Below are positions 18,795-25,040 of a DNA stretch of 32,000 nt, piece by piece (position 1 is the stretch's first letter; the number at the start of each line of letters is the position of its first letter). The notes below the pieces were generated by a model, which saw only the letters and a program-made list of their open reading frames with translations, was not told the origin of the DNA and made no database searches. The position numbers and the translations under genes are program-made. The stretch is from an uncultured Lentisphaeria bacterium (GTDB taxonomy: Bacteria > Verrucomicrobiota > Lentisphaeria > JABSQK01 > JAJFLO01), in contig OX638337.1 of the NCBI GenBank assembly GCA_951812855.1, positions 30,001-62,000 on the forward strand, read 5' to 3'.

Positions 18795-19888
18795 GGTGCG
18801 ATGCCGTATTTTTGCAGTGCCGTGAGGATTGCCCGGCAGATGACTTCTACGCCTTTTGGTGGCACTGCCATGCCGATTTGGCGGCGGACACTTTCTTTAC
18901 CACCGATAAATTCAAAGTTGTCGGGAAAAGTTTGTAGCCTTGCCCTTTCTCTATTTGTCAACGCTCTCGGTTCTTGCCAATGATAAACATGCGTTCCACC
19001 TCCACCAGAGCCTGTGACAGTGTAGGCAGGTTTGGATGGATCAAGTCTTTTGTAGATTTGACTGATAGCCGCCTTGCTTTTTAATTTTAATTTTAATTTT
19101 TCAGGAAGTTGGGCATTGAATGCGTTTTGTCCTGGTTTTATATGTTTTAGCCTTTCTATGACTTGCTTTGACTGCGTTGTAAAATCGTGGTTTAGGGCAT
19201 TGGGTTGTAGAGGCGGTGATTCTAGTGCTTCCTTACAGGTTATTATTTTCGTTTCGTTCGGTTGTGGGTGTTTGAAATCTATTTTTATGTCGTCTCTAAA
19301 TCCGACAATTATGATGCGATGGCGGCGTTGCGGCACGCCGTAATACTCAAATTTGTAAAGATTAGTGTGAATGTTGTAGCCACATTCTTGGATAGCACAA
19401 CAGATCCTTTCAAATGTGTCTTTGTTGTCGGCAGAGAGAAGGCCGCCGACATTTTCGGCTATAAAAAATTGAGGCTGGAAATGTTCAAGTGCTCTTACGC
19501 TGTGCATATACAAGCTCCCGTATTTTCCTTGAATACCTTTTTGCTCGCCTACTACGCTGAAATCGTTACATGGAAAGCCGAAAAACAAACCGTCAATAGG
19601 GTTAAAATCATCAAACTCTAGCGTGGAAATGTCAGCACATCGAACTTTACTGTTCTCTATTTTGATGTTTTTTCGGAAAGTTTCGCAAGAGTCTTTATGG
19701 TAGTCACAAGCCCAGATGTGGGACATTTTATAGGACTTGTATTGTGCTTTTTCTGCGCCTAATGCCATTCCACCAGGCCCACTGAATAGCTCGCCTATTT
19801 TGAAGGTGTTTTTGACAGATTGTTCTTGACTGCCTTGATAATCTTCAGTTAGTTCTTTGATTGAAATTTCTTTAAGCGTTATTTCCAT
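18788..19888 (-). CDS. DNA (cytosine-5)-methyltransferase
   Basis: All canonical C5-MTase motifs occur in order: FSGPGG (I), GFPCNDFS (IV), ENV in FIAENVGGL (VI), QRRHRIIIVG (VIII), TFPDNFEF, RQIGMAVPP (X). It has an unusual N-terminal extension of about 30 aa. Confidence 0.92.
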   Translation of the reverse strand: MEITLKEISIKELTEDYQGSQEQSVKNTFKIGELFSGPGGMALGAEKAQYKSYKMSHIWACDYHKDSCETFRKNIKIENSKVRCADISTLEFDDFNPIDGLFFGFPCNDFSVVGEQKGIQGKYGSLYMHSVRALEHFQPQFFIAENVGGLLSADNKDTFERICCAIQECGYNIHTNLYKFEYYGVPQRRHRIIIVGFRDDIKIDFKHPQPNETKIITCKEALESPPLQPNALNHDFTTQSKQVIERLKHIKPGQNAFNAQLPEKLKLKLKSKAAISQIYKRLDPSKPAYTVTGSGGGGTHVYHWQEPRALTNRERARLQTFPDNFEFIGGKESVRRQIGMAVPPKGVEVICRAILTALQKYGIAPC

Positions 19889-19891
19889 TTT

Positions 19892-20499
19892 TTATATTTT
19901 TTGATTTTGAGACTCATCTTTTTTTAAGGTAAAACTCCCTTTTGTCATTCTATCAGTAAAGTAATTGCCTTTTAATTCGTTATCTGCTAACTCCAAAGTA
20001 ACGGTGCCATAATGTTTGATTAAATCATCTGCTATATTGTCTGGATTATTAAAATAATTATAAATAAGCTCATCTTTATTATTCTCTGCTCGGATAAGAC
20101 AATTAATAACCACACTTCTGGATTGTTTAAAATTAGCGTTGATAGTAATATCAGTTAAAGTTTGTTTAATAGTAATCTTTACTTTAAATTTTTTGTTTTC
20201 AACATCTTCCTTATAAGTGCTTCTTCCTTATAAGTGCTTCTTCCTTCTCCGCTCCATTTTCCGCTAAAGTTTGGGATTTGTTCTTTGATGATAGGTAGAT
20301 GGAAAAACCACTCTGACAAGCAATTAAAAATAACAAAATGATTTATCAACAAACTAAAAGTAAAAATAGTTAAAGCCGTTGATATATCGTTTAAAAAAAT
20401 ATTTAAAAACCCAGTTAAGCAAAAAGTAACTAAAAAAGACAGAACAAGGGAGAGTGTGAAAGCATAATACTCTACTTTAAAATTTTTGAGATATTTCAT
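19892..20499 (-). pseudogene. CBASS effector, 2TM + beta-strand-rich C-terminal domain (Cap15 / S-2TM-beta-like), frameshifted by a 17-bp tandem duplication
   Basis: The two track ORFs 20179..20499 (two hydrophobic helices, then FSGKWSGEGRSTYKE) and 19892..20113 are joined into one 591-nt (196-aa) ORF with no stop if one copy of the 17-bp repeat is removed. The start overlaps the CD-NTase stop as ATGA. Confidence 0.7.
20207..20240. repeat. Perfect 17-bp tandem duplication (TTCCTTATAAGTGCTTC x2; 6 further matching nt follow)
   Basis: Read directly: 20207-20223 is identical to 20224-20240, and 20241-20246 (TTCCTT) repeats the unit start. 17 is not a multiple of 3. Confidence 0.95.
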
Positions 20500-21353
20500 C
20501 CTGTTACATACTCAATGACTTTTTTGAGAAATTGATGGCAATCTGTTAAATTCCATTTTGTGCTTTCATCACCAAATAAAGGTTGAATCTCATTCTGACA
20601 TTTTAAATTTTTTAAATCATTATCTCGTAACCAATTTAAACAATTAGCCAATAGAGAAGTAAAATAACTTTCATTAAATTTATCATTTGGCACATTGTAA
20701 ATTAAACATTCTACAAAGTAGGAAGGTGCTAAGCTTTCATCTATCCAATTTTCTTTAATCATCTGCCTTTTAATATTTTTAAAAATTCGCACCATCTTTT
20801 TATAATTTCCTGTTCTGCTATTCTTTTCTTCTCCATTTTGTTTATGGATTTTAGGATAGTTAATAATCTCACCTTTTGAGGATTGTATTTTTATTCCCTC
20901 ATAGTATTGCTTTTCTCCACGGTCATAATGATTTTTGTATTGAAAACAAGGTACTAAATCTACATTTTGCCAATGCTCACCTCTTAAATGTAATTCAATA
21001 CATTTATTTTTTTCTTTGTAAGAAATTCTTTCTCTGTTTAAAACACTTTTAATTTCATTTCTGAGTGCTTCTTGAGTGTAACTGCTTGGATTGTTATAAA
21101 TACTTGGATTGTAGTTATAGTTATAGTAAAAAGTCTCATTAAACTGTAAAATAATATCTATGTCACCATCAGCCCAGATATTCGTATTATTGGCAACAGA
21201 TCCTTGTAAATAAATTTCAAAATTATTTGAATTATTAAAACAAACACCTCTAAAAATATCCTTTACTTTATCGTAAGTTGCTGTATTTTTATTGAGCTGA
21301 ACACGGTTTGCCCAAGTTGCTAATTGTTGTTCTTGTATTGTTATATTTGTCAT
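20496..21353 (-). CDS. cGAS/DncV-like nucleotidyltransferase (CD-NTase, SMODS-type) of a type I CBASS
   Basis: Pol-beta NTase signature LQGSVANNTNIWADGDIDIIL (GS...DxD). Third acidic residue context NVDLVPCF. SMODS-like APSYFVECLIYNVP. Followed by a translationally coupled 2TM effector gene. Confidence 0.8.
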   Translation of the reverse strand: MTNITIQEQQLATWANRVQLNKNTATYDKVKDIFRGVCFNNSNNFEIYLQGSVANNTNIWADGDIDIILQFNETFYYNYNYNPSIYNNPSSYTQEALRNEIKSVLNRERISYKEKNKCIELHLRGEHWQNVDLVPCFQYKNHYDRGEKQYYEGIKIQSSKGEIINYPKIHKQNGEEKNSRTGNYKKMVRIFKNIKRQMIKENWIDESLAPSYFVECLIYNVPNDKFNESYFTSLLANCLNWLRDNDLKNLKCQNEIQPLFGDESTKWNLTDCHQFLKKVIEYVTG

Positions 21354-21358
21354 TATAA

Positions 21359-21449
21359 CCTCTTGTTTTTGATGATGATTCTAAAATATGGAGGATCGGG
21401 AGAAAATTTTCCACAAATGCAAGCAAGATCTTAGATGTCAGTGATTTTC
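21359..21449. repeat. 91-bp direct repeat, copy A (leader of the CBASS operon)
   Basis: Gap-free alignment with 23034-23124 at a constant offset of 1675 gives 84/91 identical by my base-by-base count. Contains the 10-bp perfect palindrome GAAAATTTTC at 21402-21411. Confidence 0.9.
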
Positions 21450-21454
21450 ATTTT

Positions 21455-21934
21455 TTAGTCTTTATTATATTTAGAAAGATCAATATCTTTCCGTTTTAGC
21501 ATTTCAAAAGTATCGACACAATCAATATCAAATTCTTTACAAATATTTGGTATTGAAGCTTTTTTAGCACCTTTCCCTAAAAAATTTTCGTGAGTGACAA
21601 TTACAATATTATATTCTTTAGCAACACACACTAACAAATAATCAGCTACATTTAGAAATTTACCAGCCTGTTCTGAGCTATAGTTTTTATAAATATAGTC
21701 AGATAACATTTGTTGGTTAGTTAATGGTTTATCATAAGAAAAAATTTTTACCGCCTTAACAAGATTCTCTAAAGTATCTTTATCTTTACCTTTGCGGATT
21801 TCGTCTTTAACTTCTTGTAAAGTAAAAATATCTTCTTCTTCTTTTAAGTATTCCCAAAAACTGGAAACTATCTTTTCTTGATAATATCGTCTATAAGCCT
21901 CAATGAATACGTTTGTATCTAAAAGATATCTCAT
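21455..21934 (-). CDS. DUF4411 PIN-like nuclease-fold protein
   Basis: The N-terminus MRYLLDTNVFIEAYRRYY...FWEYL is the PIN-like / DUF4411 signature. The ATGA overlap with the upstream ImmA gene suggests translational coupling. Confidence 0.75.
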   Translation of the reverse strand: MRYLLDTNVFIEAYRRYYQEKIVSSFWEYLKEEEDIFTLQEVKDEIRKGKDKDTLENLVKAVKIFSYDKPLTNQQMLSDYIYKNYSSEQAGKFLNVADYLLVCVAKEYNIVIVTHENFLGKGAKKASIPNICKEFDIDCVDTFEMLKRKDIDLSKYNKD

Positions 21935-23031
21935 AAAGGCAAGCCAAGTTGGCGATAATATTTATTAAAAGTCTCTCCCTTCAGCCCCGTAAGACTATAG
22001 GCATCTCTGTAAAGAGTTTCGCCTGCTAAAGTAGAATGAACTACACGAAGTAAAAAAGTCTCTCCGCCTGCTTTAAATGGGGCAGTACGATAATAATCGC
22101 CTCCACTGCCTTTAGATTTTATTCTTTGTATATTTTCTATACAATCCTTCCATTGCCTTTGAAATTCATATTCTCTAATTAAACTGGATTGTTTTGCTTT
22201 TATCAAAACAACAAAAACACTTATTTTAAATTTTTTTGCTATCCCCTCTATATTGTCAATATTAAAATATTCTTTTTTTAATTCCTTTGCAGGTAATAAA
22301 ATTTCTGATGCTATCTTATTACATGTTTTCTCCGTTTGTAAATGATATGTTCCGTCTAAAGCACTTTCATTTAAAAATAAGTGTGCCAGTTCATGGATAA
22401 GAGTAAAAATTTGACTGGATTTATAATCCCTGCCATTAATAAAAATTGCAGGAGCATATTCATCAAACAAACAAAATCCCTTAAATTCCTCTCTGTCCAA
22501 TCCTCTGCTGGTATTGCTCCCCACCACTCCATTTCTTATAATTAAAAATTCTTTGTCATCGAGTTTCTTTATTAAATTACTTAAAAAATCTTCTTGTGTC
22601 CTGCTCTCACTTCGTAATTTATCTATATCTAATAATCTTTTTATTTCAGTAATTATTTCTTTTTCACCTGTATATTTATAAGAAAAAATTTTATCCTCGC
22701 CATCTTGTATCTTTTGTTCTCTTAACCAATTTTGTTTTCTTTGAGAATCATAAATAGTTTCTAAAAGGTTAATACCTGGTTTTTCTAATTCTTTATTGTT
22801 TATTGTTCTAAAATCAGGAATAGGCAATTCTTCTTTTGGTGGCTCGGAAAGGAATAAATAACCATAAGGAACATAAAATTTTTCAGCTATTTTTTTTATT
22901 TGTTTTTCGGTAGGTTGAGACTTTCCTTCTTCCCAATCAGGATATTTACGAGAAGCAATTTTTTTTACAGCCTCTTCTAAACTGAGTTCAGCCCGCTCTC
23001 TTGCCCATTTTAATAATTCTGGATTAACCAT
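21931..23031 (-). CDS. XRE-type HTH fused to an ImmA/IrrE (COG2856) zinc metallopeptidase
   Basis: N-terminal LKWARERAELSLEEAVKKI is HTH-like. HEXXH zinc site in LIHELAHLFL. 366 aa. Confidence 0.8.
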   Translation of the reverse strand: MVNPELLKWARERAELSLEEAVKKIASRKYPDWEEGKSQPTEKQIKKIAEKFYVPYGYLFLSEPPKEELPIPDFRTINNKELEKPGINLLETIYDSQRKQNWLREQKIQDGEDKIFSYKYTGEKEIITEIKRLLDIDKLRSESRTQEDFLSNLIKKLDDKEFLIIRNGVVGSNTSRGLDREEFKGFCLFDEYAPAIFINGRDYKSSQIFTLIHELAHLFLNESALDGTYHLQTEKTCNKIASEILLPAKELKKEYFNIDNIEGIAKKFKISVFVVLIKAKQSSLIREYEFQRQWKDCIENIQRIKSKGSGGDYYRTAPFKAGGETFLLRVVHSTLAGETLYRDAYSLTGLKGETFNKYYRQLGLPL

Positions 23032-23033
23032 AG

Positions 23034-23124
23034 CCTTTTGTTTTTGATGATGATTCTAAAATCAGGAGGATTGGGAGAAAATTTTCCACAAATGCAAGCA
23101 ACATCTTAGATGTCAGTAATTCTC
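23034..23124. repeat. 91-bp direct repeat, copy B (leader of the ImmA-DUF4411 operon; overlaps the last 4 codons of the GHKL gene)
   Basis: See copy A. The palindrome GAAAATTTTC lies at 23077-23086. Confidence 0.9.
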
Positions 23125-24987
23125 TTTCTTAATAATATCTAAAAAAGTTTTATTACGTGCTCGAGCGTTAGAGATAACCTCTTCTGCAGATATTACATAA
23201 AGGTACAGAGATAATTTTTCATAGTATTTGAAATAAATCTTTTCCCTGGTTGAGAATAACAATTTGAAATCATCATTCTTTAGTTTTTGCTCAAAATCAT
23301 CACCTATATTGGTAATCAAGTAATACCAAACGTTGTTTAACTTTTCTGCTCCTTTGAAGCTGTTAGCATATTCTCTTATCTCCTCTAATCCAGCGAATTT
23401 CTTTTTTCCATCTATATTTAAAGCCTTGAGTTCTATAATGACCGCATTATAATTGCCTTCTTCTTTCTGGAAAAATATTGAAATGTCCGGTCTGCCCCGG
23501 TCTTGATTATTTGATTGAGGGAATATTTTTTTTAAACTTTCTTTTATACTTTTTTCGCTGGCTGCATAACTATAACTCATAAATTTATCGTCAATAAGCC
23601 AAATATTATTTTCTGCAGGACCAAGATATTTTTTACTTCCTTTTTCGGTATCTGAACCTCTCTCCATCAATAAATTATGCAGCACCTTTTCCTTTCCGTT
23701 GTGCTTTTGACTTAAAGTTTCTAATTCTGATATTATTTTATCTCGCATTAAAATATATTCTGTCAGTTCTTGACCTGCTAATGTGCTTGCTTTTTTAAGC
23801 AATTCATTACTTCTATATTTTTTACCTTCCACTTCCTTTCTGAAAGATTGTTTTTCTTTTAAAAATTTTTCTTCGGCTTGTTTAATAATATTTTCTTGTT
23901 TGATCAAGCCTCCTAAATAATTTATATCTCCAAGATAATCTACTAAATGTAAATGTTTACGTTTAATTCTTTTAATTATTTCTTTATACTCGTCTTCTAA
24001 TTCTGGAAATTTTTCTTTTAAAATAGTTGCAATCTCCTGATCTAATCCTTGATTGATCATCTCCCAGGAAAAATCGCCAAACAATGTATCTTTTGCTTGA
24101 TTAGGGTTCATGGAAAAATCATTCCTCTCATTATCTACTTTATCATCTAAAAAATCAGAGGATAATAAAAAGATGATTTGACATTCATCTATCGGATTAA
24201 TGGAAAAATTTTTATTTTTATCTTTAAACCTACAAACTGTTCGGGAATTAGCACAGTAGAATCCTCGCATTTTGTTCAAATCCTTTAAACTCAATTCTTC
24301 TATGGAGTAATTTAGAATAAATTCAACATCCTGTTCTCTTGTATCTTTTATGTTGAATGAATGTTCTTCAAAAGTCGGTAAATCGGACGTTTTAATATTA
24401 GCTTCGTCATTGCTGTCTTTATTTTCTAAAGTAATGACAATGTTGGAATCCCTCTTTAAATACAATAACGGCAACAAATGACTATATAGTTTATCTCTCA
24501 CTGCTTGAATGGAATAAAAACTATTTATCTTTGGGTCAATACCATTGAATTCTATTGTAGTTTTATTGTTTTTTATATTGTTTTTTTCAACTTTTGTTAT
24601 ATGCTTTTCTTCTTCAAATTTTTCGCTAAAATTTATCTTGACGAGTTTTTTCTCTTCTTTTACTAAACTTTCTATCTTAATATCTGAGAAAATTTTTAAG
24701 AAGGAAATTCTTCCTATTCCTTTACATCCTAAATCTATTTTTTCTTTCGTGCCGTATTCACAAAAAGACTCAATATTTTTATCTGTAAAACCCTTGCCAT
24801 TATCAATGACAGAAAGTTTTTCTAAACAGGTTTTTTCTTGCTGTAATGATAATTCATTATAATATTCTATACGGATTTTTATATCAGTTGCTTCTGCTTG
24901 TATGGAATTAGTAACTGCCTCTTGCAGAACGGTCAACGGGTTAACTTTTTTAAGATTAGAAACCATTCTAGGGAGATTGATTTTCAT
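23113..24987 (-). CDS. GHKL (HATPase_c_3 / MORC-MutL-like) ATPase fused to a C-terminal PD-(D/E)xK nuclease-like domain
   Basis: Bergerat-fold motifs occur in order: N-box EAVTNSIQA, G1 VIDNGKGF, G2 GCKGIGRISF. A long Lys/Glu-rich middle region follows. C-terminal GRPDISIFF then about 18 aa then VIIELK gives a PD...ExK arrangement. Confidence 0.7.
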   Translation of the reverse strand: MKINLPRMVSNLKKVNPLTVLQEAVTNSIQAEATDIKIRIEYYNELSLQQEKTCLEKLSVIDNGKGFTDKNIESFCEYGTKEKIDLGCKGIGRISFLKIFSDIKIESLVKEEKKLVKINFSEKFEEEKHITKVEKNNIKNNKTTIEFNGIDPKINSFYSIQAVRDKLYSHLLPLLYLKRDSNIVITLENKDSNDEANIKTSDLPTFEEHSFNIKDTREQDVEFILNYSIEELSLKDLNKMRGFYCANSRTVCRFKDKNKNFSINPIDECQIIFLLSSDFLDDKVDNERNDFSMNPNQAKDTLFGDFSWEMINQGLDQEIATILKEKFPELEDEYKEIIKRIKRKHLHLVDYLGDINYLGGLIKQENIIKQAEEKFLKEKQSFRKEVEGKKYRSNELLKKASTLAGQELTEYILMRDKIISELETLSQKHNGKEKVLHNLLMERGSDTEKGSKKYLGPAENNIWLIDDKFMSYSYAASEKSIKESLKKIFPQSNNQDRGRPDISIFFQKEEGNYNAVIIELKALNIDGKKKFAGLEEIREYANSFKGAEKLNNVWYYLITNIGDDFEQKLKNDDFKLLFSTREKIYFKYYEKLSLYLYVISAEEVISNARARNKTFLDIIKKENY

Positions 24988-25040
24988 AATTTATAACCTT
25001 TTTTGCTGGCACAGTTCAATGATAAATGGCGCAATGTCTT

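Noticed and set aside
21388-21444. 18-codon plus-strand mini-ORF with a GGAGG-containing context inside repeat copy A (MEDREKIFHKCKQDLRCQ*).
   Set aside because: The ATG is not conserved in copy B (ATATG becomes ATCAG), so it is not a conserved coding feature of the repeat.
21359-23124. Integron attC interpretation of the 91-bp repeats (cassette-like ORF-repeat-ORF layout).
   Set aside because: I found no RYYYAAC / GTTRRRY core sites at the repeat ends and no extended imperfect inverted-repeat structure. No intI integrase lies in the window. Only short palindromes are present.
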